Source: Kiloniellaceae bacterium (GTDB lineage: Bacteria; Pseudomonadota; Alphaproteobacteria; Kiloniellales; J153). Taken from it: a stretch of 64,000 nucleotides of DNA. How positions within the stretch are numbered: position 1 is the first letter of the stretch; the number at the start of each line of letters is the position of its first letter. This document shows positions 40,556-51,993 of this stretch, one piece after another. Location: assembly GCA_046758005.1 (NCBI GenBank), contig JBHHZJ010000007.1, forward strand, positions 163 through 64,162, written 5' to 3'. The position numbers and the translations under genes are program-made. The notes below the pieces were generated by a model. That model was not told the origin of the DNA. It did no database searches and worked only from the letters and a program-made list of their open reading frames with translations.

Positions 40556-41800
40556 CTATGCGCCGCGATCTTCGCCAGCGGCGTACAGCCAAGACGGCGC
40601 GTTCTTGCGCAACTCGAGCTTGGCGACCGCCGCGCGGTGCACCTCGTCGGGGCCGTCCGCCAGACGCAAGGCGCGCGCATGCGCCCAGGCATGAGCCAAA
40701 CCGAAGTCAGCGCCGACCCCGCCGCCGCCGTGGATCTGGATCGCCCGGTCGATGACGTTGAGCGCCATGTTCGGCGCCACCACCTTGATCATGGCGATTT
40801 CCGACCTGGCCTCCTTGTTACCGACCGTGTCCATCATGTAGGCCGCCTTGAGGGTGAGCAGGCGAGCCTGCTCGATCTCCATGCGCGATCGTGCGATCGA
40901 GTCCATGACGACCCCCTGCTCCGCGAGCGGCCGGCCGAAGGCCACGCGCGATTTCGCCCGGGCGCACATCGCCTCGAGCGAGCGCTCGGCGACGCCGACC
41001 AGACGCATGCAGTGGTGGATCCGGCCCGGCCCGAGGCGCCCCTGGGCGATCTCGAACCCGCGCCCTTCGCCCAGCAGCAGGTTGCGGGCCGGCACCCGCA
41101 CGTCCTTGAAATCGATCTCGAAGTGGCCGTGGGGTGCATGGTCGTAACCGAACACGGCAAGCGGCCGGACGAGGGTCACGCCGGGCGCGTCGCGCGGCAC
41201 CAGGATCATGGTCTGTTGCCGGTGCCGAGGTGCGTCCGGGTCGGTCTTGCCCATGAAAATGAAGATCTTGCACCGGGTGTCCCCGGCCCCGGAGATCCAC
41301 CACTTGCGCCCGTTGACGACGTAGTCGTCGCCATCGCGCTCGATCCGGGCCCGAATGTTGGTGGCGTCCGAGGACGCGACGTCCGGCTCGGTCATGGCGA
41401 AAGCGGAACGGATTTTTCCCTCGAGCAGCGGGACGAGCCACTGCCGCTTCTGCGCCTCGGTTCCGTAACGTGCCAGGACCTCCATGTTGCCCGTGTCGGG
41501 GGCGGAGCAGTTGAAGACCTCGGGCCCGATCGGCGAGCGCCCCATGATCTCGCAAATCGGCGCGTATTCCAGGTTGGTCAGGCCCGCGCCGTATTCCTTG
41601 TCCGGCAGGAAGAGGTTCCAGAGGCCGGCCCGCCGCGCCCTGGCTTTCATCTCCTCCATGACGGGCGGCGCCTCCCAGCGGCTGGCGCTCGCCGCGAGTT
41701 GCTCGAAAAAGGTCCGCTCGTTCGGGTAGACGACCTCGTCCATGAAGGCGAGGAGCCGCGCCCGGTAGTCCTCGACCTTCGGCGAATGGGCGAAATCCAT
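40556..41800 (-). CDS. Acyl-CoA dehydrogenase family protein, ACAD10/ACAD11 (FadE2/LvaC)-type
   Basis: Internal ATG (41800) gives 414 aa beginning [28 protein letters not shown]. Contains [14 protein letters not shown], and the C-terminal [11 protein letters not shown] replaces the canonical YEGTSEI motif. Confidence 0.88.
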   Translation of the reverse strand: MDFAHSPKVEDYRARLLAFMDEVVYPNERTFFEQLAASASRWEAPPVMEEMKARARRAGLWNLFLPDKEYGAGLTNLEYAPICEIMGRSPIGPEVFNCSAPDTGNMEVLARYGTEAQKRQWLVPLLEGKIRSAFAMTEPDVASSDATNIRARIERDGDDYVVNGRKWWISGAGDTRCKIFIFMGKTDPDAPRHRQQTMILVPRDAPGVTLVRPLAVFGYDHAPHGHFEIDFKDVRVPARNLLLGEGRGFEIAQGRLGPGRIHHCMRLVGVAERSLEAMCARAKSRVAFGRPLAEQGVVMDSIARSRMEIEQARLLTLKAAYMMDTVGNKEARSEIAMIKVVAPNMALNVIDRAIQIHGGGGVGADFGLAHAWAHARALRLADGPDEVHRAAVAKLELRKNAPSWLYAAGEDRGA

Positions 41801-41940
41801 GAGCACCTCTGCGGAAAGTGGCCTGCGCGCGGCTTCGACCCGAAGGGGACCGATCGGCCCGGGACTTCCTCGCGTCAACGGAGTTTACAGGCCGGCGCGG
41901 CGAGACTGAAGGCCGCGGCATCGATGCATGGTGGCATGAT

Positions 41941-41990
41941 ACCGGCCAGCGGATGAAGCCATCCGCTCGCCGGTATTTCGTCCTTTGTTT
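41941..41990 (+). terminator. Orphan intrinsic-terminator-like hairpin (plus-strand polarity)
   Basis: ACCGGCCAGCGGATG-AAGC-CATCCGCTCGCCGGT forms a 14-bp stem with one C/C mismatch and a tetraloop. It is followed by the T-rich ATTTCGTCCTTTGTTT. No plus-strand gene lies upstream. Confidence 0.3.
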
Positions 41991-42016
41991 GCGCGCCGCC
42001 GCCCAGGGCCAACCTT

Positions 42017-42068
42017 GCGCGCCGAATCCGATGAGCGCCCGAGTCAGCTCGTGCGCTCATCGGTATCC
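42017..42068. repeat. REP-like hairpin carrying the GCGCTCATCGGTATC core
   Basis: CCGATGAGCGCCCGAG-TCAG-CTCGTGCGCTCATCGG forms a 16-bp stem with one mismatch (42028-42063). The flanks GCGCGCCGAATCC / GGTATCC match the copy at 33075-33097. Confidence 0.55.
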
Positions 42069-42095
42069 TATGGGCCCGCCAGGCGAAGCCGGCCC

Positions 42096-43130
42096 TCACA
42101 AGGTCGGGTCCGGCGCAACCCGAATGAGTTGCTTGCCGAAATTCCGGCCCTGGAGAAGGCCGCGGAAGGTTTTGGGGGCGTTCTCCAGGCCGTCCACGAT
42201 GCTCTCGCGGTACTTGACCCGGCCCTCGCGGATCCAGCCGCCCACCGTCTCGAGAAACTCCTGCTCCTGGTCGGCGAAATCCCAGACGATGAAACCTTGC
42301 ATCCTGATGCGGTTCGTCAGGATCGCCCGCATCAGCGCCGGAACCTGGTTCGGGCCCGGCGGCAGGTCGGTGGCGTTGTACTGCGCGATCAGGCCGCAGA
42401 CCGGCACGCGGGCAAAGGGGTTGAGGAGCGGCAGCACCGCCTGGAACACGGCTCCGCCGACGGTCTCGAAGTAGATATCGACGCCGTCCGGACACGCCTT
42501 GCCGAGAGCATCGGCAAAATCGGCGCCCCTGTGGTTGAGGCAGGCGTCGAACCCCAGCTCCTCGACCACGTAGGCGCACTTTTCCGGCGATCCGGCGACG
42601 CCCACCGCCCGGCAGCCCTTGATCTTGGCGATCTGCCCGACGAGCGAGCCGACGGCGCCGGAAGCGGCCGCCACCACAAGCGTTTCGCCTTGCTTCGGCC
42701 GACCGATATTGAGCAGGCCGGTGTAGGCGGTCATGCCGGGCATGCCAAGGACGCCGAGCGCAGTCGATATGGGCGCCATCCCGGGGTCGATCCTGCGCAG
42801 GTTGCGCCCGTTCGAGATTGAATACTCTTGCCAGCCGCTGTAGCCGAAGACGAAATCGCCGGGCGCGAAGTCCGACAGGTTCGACCGCACCACCTCGCTC
42901 ACCGCGCCCCCGACCATCACCTCGCCGATCTCGACCGAGGGCGCATAGGACCTGGCGGCGTTCATGCGCCCCCGCATGTAAGGGTCGAGCGAAAGGTAAA
43001 TGGTCCGGCAAAGCATTTCACCATCACCGGGCTCCGGAACGGCGGCCTCGATAAGGTGGAAATCGCTGTCCTTCGGCGCACCCTCGGGCCGAGCCGCCAG
43101 CACGATCCGACGATTCACTCCGTTCGACAC
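42096..43130 (-). CDS. NADP-dependent medium-chain oxidoreductase (PTGR1/YncB/CurA-type enone/alkenal reductase)
   Basis: Family pattern NRRIVLAARPEGAPKDSDF, SLDPYMRGRM, AAASGAVGSLVGQIAKIKGCRAVGVAGSPEK. The proposed GTG start at 43130 (preceded by GGGGGGA) gives 344 aa. The annotated ORF extends to 43499 but that extension looks non-coding. Confidence 0.82.
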   Translation of the reverse strand: MSNGVNRRIVLAARPEGAPKDSDFHLIEAAVPEPGDGEMLCRTIYLSLDPYMRGRMNAARSYAPSVEIGEVMVGGAVSEVVRSNLSDFAPGDFVFGYSGWQEYSISNGRNLRRIDPGMAPISTALGVLGMPGMTAYTGLLNIGRPKQGETLVVAAASGAVGSLVGQIAKIKGCRAVGVAGSPEKCAYVVEELGFDACLNHRGADFADALGKACPDGVDIYFETVGGAVFQAVLPLLNPFARVPVCGLIAQYNATDLPPGPNQVPALMRAILTNRIRMQGFIVWDFADQEQEFLETVGGWIREGRVKYRESIVDGLENAPKTFRGLLQGRNFGKQLIRVAPDPTL

Positions 43131-43281
43131 ACGCCCGTCCCCCCAAAAGTCGATAACGTCCTGGATCGTCCTTTGCCGCAACAGTAATACAGAGCGGCGG
43201 TCGACACCAACCGATGCGGGCACCATACTTCCGGTCAAGATCAACATAGACCGATAACACAGGGAGTTGCAGGGGGGACGG

Positions 43282-45375
<2,094 letters not shown>

Positions 45376-45415
45376 GCCGGGCGCCGGGTCAGGGGCTGGG
45401 GCAAGGAAGGGTCCA

Positions 45416-46597
45416 ATGGCCGAAGCCGTTATCGTCTCCACCGCGCGCACGCCCATCGGCAGAGCGTTCCGCGGCGCGTTCAACAAGACCCACGGCGCGG
45501 TAATGGCGGCTCACGTTGTACAGCGCGCCGTCGCGCGCGCCGGGGTCGAGCCCGGCGAGGTCGAGGACGTCATCCTCGGCTGCGGCTATCCGGAAGGGGC
45601 GACGGGCAAGAACGTCGCGCGCCTGGCCGCGATTCGTGCCGGCCTGCCGGTGACCACCTCGGCGGCCACGGTCAACCGCTTCTGCAGTTCCGGGCTTCAG
45701 ACCATCGCCATGGCCGCGCACCGCGTGATCCTGGACAAGGTGCCGGTCGTGGTCGCCGGCGGGGTCGAATCGGTCAGTCTGGTCCAGCCGAATCTGAACA
45801 AGCGGCATTTCACCGAGGACTGGCTGATGCGGCACAAGCCCGAACTGTGGGTCAGCATGATCGAAACCGCGGACATCGTGGCCGCGCGGTACGGCATCGG
45901 CCGGGAGACTCAGGACGAGTACGCGCTGATCAGCCAAAGGCGCACCGCCGCGGCGCAGCAGGCTGGCCGCTTCGACGACGAGATCGTCCCGCTGACCACC
46001 GTCAAGGAGGTCGCCGACAGGCAGACCGGAGAGGCCTGGGAGGAGGAGGTCACCCTCACCGAGGACGAGGGCAACCGGCCCGACACCACGGAGGAAGGGC
46101 TGGCGGCGCTCAAACCGGTCATGGGCGAGGACAAGTACGTCACCGCCGGCAACGCCTGCCAGCTTTCCGACGGCGCGTCGGCCTGCGTGGTCATGGACGC
46201 CAAGCTGGCCGAGAAGCGCAACCTGGAGCCGCTGGGCATCTTCCGCGCCTTCGCGGTCGCCGGCTGCGAGCCGGACGAAATGGGCATCGGCCCGGTCTTC
46301 GCCGTCCCGCGGCTGCTCGATCGCACCGGGCTCGGGATGGACGATATCGACCTCTGGGAACTCAACGAGGCCTTCGCCGTGCAGGTCGTCTACTGCCGGG
46401 ACCGTCTCGGCATTCCGATGGACCGGCTCAACGTCGACGGCGGATCGATCGCCATCGGCCATCCCTTCGGCATGAGCGGGGCGCGGCTGACCGGGCACGC
46501 CCTGATCGAGGGCAAACGTCGGGGCGCCCGGTACGTGGTCGTGACAATGTGCGTCGGCGGCGGCATGGGGGCGGCGGGCCTGTTCGAGGTGGCCTGA
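45416..46597 (+). CDS. Acetyl-CoA C-acyltransferase (thiolase)
   Basis: 393 aa. Active-site Cys context [10 protein letters not shown], and C-terminal [17 protein letters not shown] and MCVGGGMG motifs. Confidence 0.92.
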   Translation: MAEAVIVSTARTPIGRAFRGAFNKTHGAVMAAHVVQRAVARAGVEPGEVEDVILGCGYPEGATGKNVARLAAIRAGLPVTTSAATVNRFCSSGLQTIAMAAHRVILDKVPVVVAGGVESVSLVQPNLNKRHFTEDWLMRHKPELWVSMIETADIVAARYGIGRETQDEYALISQRRTAAAQQAGRFDDEIVPLTTVKEVADRQTGEAWEEEVTLTEDEGNRPDTTEEGLAALKPVMGEDKYVTAGNACQLSDGASACVVMDAKLAEKRNLEPLGIFRAFAVAGCEPDEMGIGPVFAVPRLLDRTGLGMDDIDLWELNEAFAVQVVYCRDRLGIPMDRLNVDGGSIAIGHPFGMSGARLTGHALIEGKRRGARYVVVTMCVGGGMGAAGLFEVA

Positions 46598-46608
46598 GGG
46601 ACCGCGGC

Positions 46609-47676
46609 GTGCAGGACGATCCGGAGCCGATCGATGTCCGCCCCGACGAGCGTCTGGACCTCGCGCGGCTCGAGCCTTTTCTGCGCGCGCGCCTGCCCGG
46701 CGCCGAGGGGGCCTTGCAGGTGCGTCAGTTCGGCGGCGGTCACGCCAATCTGACCTACCTCCTGCGCTTCGGGAAGACGGAGTATGTGCTGCGTCGGCCG
46801 CCGCTCGGTCCGGTGGCGCCGACGTCGCACGACATGAAGCGCGAACACCGGGTTCTGGCGAACCTGTGGCGGGTATTCCCCCTGGCGCCAAGGAGCTACC
46901 TCCTGTGCGACGACCGCGCGATCATCGGCGCCGAGTTCCACGTCATGGAGCGCCGCCACGGCATCGTCGTCCGCAAGGACCTGCCGGCGCGTTTCCACGG
47001 CGACCCGGCGCTCAATCGGCGGATCGGCGACATGATCGTGGACGTGCTCGCCCGGCTCCACGGGCTAGACCCGGAGGCGGCCGGACTCGGCGATCTGGGG
47101 CGACCGCCGGGATTTGTCGAACGCCAGCTTCAGGGCTGGGTCCAACGCTGGCATGCGGCAAAGGACAGGGACGTGCCAAAGGTCGATGAGATCGTTGCGT
47201 GGCTCGAGCGCGAGCGGCCGCCCTCCCAGGCCGTCTCGCTTCTGCACAACGATTTCAAGCTCGACAACCTGATGGTCTCGGCCGAGGACCCGGCGAGGGC
47301 GGTCGCGGTGCTCGACTGGGACATGTGCACGCGCGGCGACCCGCTCATGGACATGGGCTATCTGCTCACCTTCTGGGGCGAGGGCGGCGACGATCCCGCC
47401 TGGATCGAGGCCGCGTCCATGCCGACCTGGCGCGAGGGCTTCCCGAGCCGCGCGGAGGCCATCGAGCGCTACGCCCGCGGCACCGGCTTCGATCTGCGTG
47501 AGATCCACTGGTACCACGTTTTCGGCGTCTTCAAGATCGCCGTCGTTCTGCAGCAGATCCATATCCGCTTCCTGCGCGGCCAGACCGAGGACCGCCGCTT
47601 CGCCGTGTTCGGGGACCGCGTTGCGGCGCTCATCGACAAGGCGGCGGCGATGACGGCCGGGGCGGCGCGTCCCTAG
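46609..47676 (+). CDS. APH-fold phosphotransferase (ACAD10/11 N-terminal-domain / LvaA-like kinase)
   Basis: GTG start 12 nt after the thiolase stop. Motifs FGGGHANLTYLL, catalytic HNDFKLDN and metal-binding DWD. About 355 aa. Confidence 0.85.
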   Translation: MQDDPEPIDVRPDERLDLARLEPFLRARLPGAEGALQVRQFGGGHANLTYLLRFGKTEYVLRRPPLGPVAPTSHDMKREHRVLANLWRVFPLAPRSYLLCDDRAIIGAEFHVMERRHGIVVRKDLPARFHGDPALNRRIGDMIVDVLARLHGLDPEAAGLGDLGRPPGFVERQLQGWVQRWHAAKDRDVPKVDEIVAWLERERPPSQAVSLLHNDFKLDNLMVSAEDPARAVAVLDWDMCTRGDPLMDMGYLLTFWGEGGDDPAWIEAASMPTWREGFPSRAEAIERYARGTGFDLREIHWYHVFGVFKIAVVLQQIHIRFLRGQTEDRRFAVFGDRVAALIDKAAAMTAGAARP

Positions 47677-47687
47677 GCGAGAGGGTC

Positions 47688-48473
47688 TCAGGAGTAGCGC
47701 CCGCCCGCGATCGTGGCGCCGCCGTCCACCACGAGCACCTGCCCGGTGACGAACCGGCCGGCCGGAGAGGCCAGGAAGACGGCGGCCCCGGCGATGTCCT
47801 CGGGCTCGCCGATCCGGCCCAGCGGATAGGAGTCGATCGCCCGGGCGTATGCCTCCCGATCTTCCCACAGCGCCCGCGCCATGTCGGTGCGCACGAGGCC
47901 GGGGGCGATGCAGTTGACCCGGACGTTGCTGCGGCCCCACTCGACCGCCAGGTTGCGCGCGAGCTGCAGGTCCGCCGCCTTGGAAATCGCGTAGGCGCCC
48001 AGCTTGCCGTGCCCCTTGAGCCCGGCGATGCTGGCGACGATGACGACCGCGCCGTCCTTTCGTTCCGCCATCGCCGGGATCACCATGTTGCAGAGCCACA
48101 GATTGCTCTTCACGTTGGTGTCCATGATCTTGTCGTAGGCCTCCTCGGTGATCTCGGCGAGCGGACCGAAATGCGGGTTGACCGCGGCGTTGCAGACCAG
48201 GATGTCGATCCGTCCCCAGTGCGCCAGCGTGCGGTCGACGAGGGTCGGAAGCTGCGCTTTGTCCGACACGTTGCAGGGGACCGCAATGGCGTCCCCGCCG
48301 CCTTGATTGACGGTCTCGGCAACCGCCGCGCAGCGCTCCGCCTTGCGGCTTGAAATCACGACCTTGGCCCCGGCGGCGGCCAGGGCCTCGGCGATGGCCT
48401 TGCCGATGCCCTTGGTGGACCCGGTAACCACGGCCACTCTCTCTGAAAGATCGAACGGATTATGCCGCTTCAT
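47688..48473 (-). CDS. Short-chain dehydrogenase/reductase (DHRS4-like carbonyl reductase type)
   Basis: TGSTKGIGKA cofactor motif, NAA, and catalytic YAISK. Last gene of the TAXI-TRAP operon. Confidence 0.88.
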   Translation of the reverse strand: MKRHNPFDLSERVAVVTGSTKGIGKAIAEALAAAGAKVVISSRKAERCAAVAETVNQGGGDAIAVPCNVSDKAQLPTLVDRTLAHWGRIDILVCNAAVNPHFGPLAEITEEAYDKIMDTNVKSNLWLCNMVIPAMAERKDGAVVIVASIAGLKGHGKLGAYAISKAADLQLARNLAVEWGRSNVRVNCIAPGLVRTDMARALWEDREAYARAIDSYPLGRIGEPEDIAGAAVFLASPAGRFVTGQVLVVDGGATIAGGRYS

Positions 48474-48503
48474 GAAGCCGGCCCCCCGAAAGGTGGGCGA
48501 AGA

Positions 48504-50582
48504 TCAAACGGGACGGCGGGAACACGGGCCTTTCGGCGCCAGCGCGGCCTGCGCAATCCCCTCGCCAACGGCTGGCTCGGCCAGTCGGGCCGGTGGCTCG
48601 CCCGGCGCCAACCGGCGCGCGGCTGCGACCAGGGCCACGGTCGCGACCATCAACACGCCGGCCGCTCCCGCCATCTGAAGGTCGCTCCAGGGAATCAGGT
48701 CGGCGCCGGGGGTCGCCAGGAGCAGGCCGGCGAACAGCGCCATCGCCCGGATCGGCCACTGCAGGAGATTGTGCCGGGTCAGATCGCCCAGCAGCAGGAC
48801 GTAGCCTTGCAACGCGCCCGCGGCCAGCACGATTCCCAGGAAGGCGCTCGCCGTCACGAAAAGGATCCTTGACCACTCGCCGTGCAGGATCAGTGCGGGG
48901 TCGAGCACGAAGAAGAAGGGGATGAAATAGATGATGCTGCCGAGCCGCATGGCTTCGAGGCCGGTGCGCATCGGCGTCGCTCGGGCCAAGGCGGCGGCGG
49001 CAAAGGCGCCCAGGGCCACCGGCGGCGTAATGTAGGAGATCATCGCCCAGTACAGGATGAACAGATGCACGGCCATCGGCGACAGGCCGCCCTGGACCAA
49101 CGCCGGTGCGAGGACGATGGCCAGGAAGATGTAGGCCGCGGTCACGGTCATGCCGATGCCCATGACGAAACTGGTCAAGGCCCCCATGAGCAGCAGCACC
49201 AGGACCGACCCGCCGGCGAGGAAGACCAGGTCGTTGACCAGGGTCCCGGCCATGCCGGTGACCGAAAGCGCGCCCACGATCAAGCCGACGGCGGCGAGGA
49301 TCGCCGTGAGTTCGGCCAGCAGCTTGCCGGTCGCAACCGCGAATTCCAGAAGCGCGCGCCAGCCCCAGCGGTTGTGCGGGAAGATCTGGTTGAGCACCAG
49401 GAGGATCGCGGTCGCATAAAACGGTGCGAGCGCCTCGCGGCGCAGATACACCAGCATGAATACGAGCAGCACGAAGACCAGAACGAAGTACCAGCCCTCG
49501 CGCAGGGTCCGCACCAGCGAGGGCAGCTCCTCGCGCGGCAGGCCTTTGAGATTCTGCCGAGCGGCGCGTGCGTCGATCTGTATGAACAGACCGAAGAAGT
49601 AGAGCGCCGAGGGGATGATCGCGGCGAACGCGATGTCGACGTAAGGCACTTCGATGATGGTCGCCATGATGAAGGCCGTGGCCCCCATGACCGGCGGCAT
49701 CAGCACCCCGCCGGTCGAGGCGCAGGCCTCCACGCCGCCGGCGTAGGCGGGCGAGAATCCGGTTCGCCGCATGGCGGGTATGGTCATCACCCCGGTGGTG
49801 AGCACGTTGGTGATCACGCTGCCGCTCATCGAGCCCATCAGGCCGCTCGCGAAGATCGACACCTTGGCCGCCCCGCCGCGGACGCGGCCCAGCAACGCGA
49901 ACGCCAGATTGAGAAAGAACTTGCCGCCCCCGGTGTGTTGCAACGCCACGCCGAAGATGAGGAAGCCGATCACCAGTTGCGCGAAGGCCCGCATCGGGAT
50001 GCCGAGGATGCCTTCGATGCTCATGGTGTGGTAGGCGGCGGTCTCGCCGAGGGTGCTCGCGAGGCCGGATATGGGACCCGGCATCTCGTCGGCGACGATC
50101 GGATAGAGCGAGAACGCCAGGACGATCACGAAGATCGCGATGCCCCCCGCGCGGCGCGCCGCCTCCAGAACGAGCGCCCAGAGCAGGTAGCCGGCGTAGA
50201 TGGCATGGGGCGGGGCCACGAACTCCCAGCCCTGGTCGACGATATTGACGGCGTTGACGAAGAAGAAAATGCAGACCCCGAGGCTGGCGGCGAAAAGAAC
50301 CGCGTCGTACCAGGGCACGCGGCCGGCGCGCGCGCGCCCGCCCGCCGGGAAAAGCACGAACACCAGCGGCAACAGCAGGCCGAGGATGGCATAGAGATAG
50401 TGATTGGTAAGGAGGATGATGCCGCCCAGCCACTGCCGGCCAAAGACCACGCGTACCTGATCGACCGCGAGGACCACGGTCAGCACGGTGAAGGCGACGA
50501 TAACGGTCGTCCAAAAGCGATTGAGCCGGCGGTGGCGCTCAATGGCCACCGCCGGCTCCTCAGCCAACGGGCTTACCGCCAT
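48504..50582 (-). CDS. TAXI-type TRAP transporter fused permease (DctQM fusion)
   Basis: 692-aa polytopic protein of the size and type found with TAXI receptors. The start overlaps the receptor gene end by 10 nt. Confidence 0.88.
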   Translation of the reverse strand: MAVSPLAEEPAVAIERHRRLNRFWTTVIVAFTVLTVVLAVDQVRVVFGRQWLGGIILLTNHYLYAILGLLLPLVFVLFPAGGRARAGRVPWYDAVLFAASLGVCIFFFVNAVNIVDQGWEFVAPPHAIYAGYLLWALVLEAARRAGGIAIFVIVLAFSLYPIVADEMPGPISGLASTLGETAAYHTMSIEGILGIPMRAFAQLVIGFLIFGVALQHTGGGKFFLNLAFALLGRVRGGAAKVSIFASGLMGSMSGSVITNVLTTGVMTIPAMRRTGFSPAYAGGVEACASTGGVLMPPVMGATAFIMATIIEVPYVDIAFAAIIPSALYFFGLFIQIDARAARQNLKGLPREELPSLVRTLREGWYFVLVFVLLVFMLVYLRREALAPFYATAILLVLNQIFPHNRWGWRALLEFAVATGKLLAELTAILAAVGLIVGALSVTGMAGTLVNDLVFLAGGSVLVLLLMGALTSFVMGIGMTVTAAYIFLAIVLAPALVQGGLSPMAVHLFILYWAMISYITPPVALGAFAAAALARATPMRTGLEAMRLGSIIYFIPFFFVLDPALILHGEWSRILFVTASAFLGIVLAAGALQGYVLLLGDLTRHNLLQWPIRAMALFAGLLLATPGADLIPWSDLQMAGAAGVLMVATVALVAAARRLAPGEPPARLAEPAVGEGIAQAALAPKGPCSRRPV

Positions 50583-51724
50583 ATTGGATCGAAGCCCGCC
50601 TTCTCAAGCGCGGCTGCGCGGACCTCCATCCATTTCGCCTTGAAGGATTCGGCATCGAGGCTCTTGTCCATGCCGGCCCAGGCATTGGCCAGCACCTTCT
50701 GGCGCTCGATCAAGCTGTCGTTATGGGCCTGCGCGTCTTCGGTCCATTTCCCGATCTCCTTGAAGTAGGCGATGGCCCCCTCGTGGTAGGGCACCACCCA
50801 CTTGAAGATCTGCTTGTTGAGCGCCCAGCCCTTGGCGGCCGGCTCGGCCGCGCTGTAGCTGCCGTACTCCTCGACCAGCGCGCGGGTGAGCGAATAGACC
50901 TCATCCTTGTCCTGGCCCTCCAGCGTCATCAGGATCGGATAGGGGTAGCGCGCGCCCTCGTGTGGGTTGTCCTTCGACAGGCCGGTGCCGCGCGTGCCGA
51001 TGTTGGGCACGAAGTATGGCGCGGTCTTGGCGATGCCTTCCCAGCACTTCTTGTCTGCGTGCGGCACCGGCGGCCAGAAGATGCCCCGCGGGCTGGCTTC
51101 CAATTTCTTGGTCGGTCCGGACATCGTCGAGGCGAAGGCCGCGTCGACCTGGTCGTTGACCATGCCTTCCCAAGAGGCGATGTAGCCCGGGAACTCGACC
51201 TTTGTCACGTCGTCCCAGCTGAGCCCGCCGCAGGCCAGCATGGCCTCCACGCCCACGTTGAGCGCATCCCCGCCGCGCACCCAGGCGACGCGTTTGCCCT
51301 TCAGATCGGCAAAGGTCTTGACGCCCGCGTCCTTGGCCGTGGCGACGCTCAGATTGCTCGATCCGCTGGCGCTCATCAGCATCCGGATCGGCATCGGGCC
51401 CCAATTGGGATCGGCGAACTGGAACACGCCCTCGGAAGCGAAGAAGGTCGCGATTCCGTTGGCCGAATAGCCCACCTTGCCGGCCTTGACCGGGGTGAGG
51501 CGCGAAATGTCGTTCTTGCCCGGCACCACCCGGAGGCTGACGCCGTACTTGTCCTTCAGCGCCTTGCCGATGGCCACCGATTGATTGTAGCCCGTGGTGC
51601 CCGTGTTGTACGCGGTCCAGGCCAGCGTGCTGGGCAGCTTGACCTCGGTCCCGAGGGCGGTTCCCGCCAGAACGCCCGTCATCAGGACGGCCGCCGCGAG
51701 TATGCGAATGGGCACGGCCTTCAT
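50573..51724 (-). CDS. TAXI-family TRAP transporter solute-binding receptor
   Basis: 383 aa with a signal peptide (MKAVPIRILAAAVLMTGVLAGTALG) and a periplasmic binding-protein fold typical of the TAXI family. Precedes the fused permease. Confidence 0.88.
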   Translation of the reverse strand: MKAVPIRILAAAVLMTGVLAGTALGTEVKLPSTLAWTAYNTGTTGYNQSVAIGKALKDKYGVSLRVVPGKNDISRLTPVKAGKVGYSANGIATFFASEGVFQFADPNWGPMPIRMLMSASGSSNLSVATAKDAGVKTFADLKGKRVAWVRGGDALNVGVEAMLACGGLSWDDVTKVEFPGYIASWEGMVNDQVDAAFASTMSGPTKKLEASPRGIFWPPVPHADKKCWEGIAKTAPYFVPNIGTRGTGLSKDNPHEGARYPYPILMTLEGQDKDEVYSLTRALVEEYGSYSAAEPAAKGWALNKQIFKWVVPYHEGAIAYFKEIGKWTEDAQAHNDSLIERQKVLANAWAGMDKSLDAESFKAKWMEVRAAALEKAGFDPIWR

Positions 51725-51993
51725 GGTGTCTCCTCCCTGTCAGTAGCTGTTCTTGTTCTTGATGCCTTTCGAGGACTCGAACCGTTTTTCTGCATTGCAA
51801 AATAAAATTCTGCATCAACCGGGCCATTCGGTAAAGCGGATGATCGGATTGCCGGTCTCGATCGCGGCCGCGGCACCGGACGAATTGCCCCGGCCGAGCG
51901 TCGGAAGACGAGGCCGCTCTACTGGCGCGCAGGGCGTTGTGTTAGATACTCGCAACCGCCTTTCGATCATGCGCTGCCGACCAAGAGGCCCGC

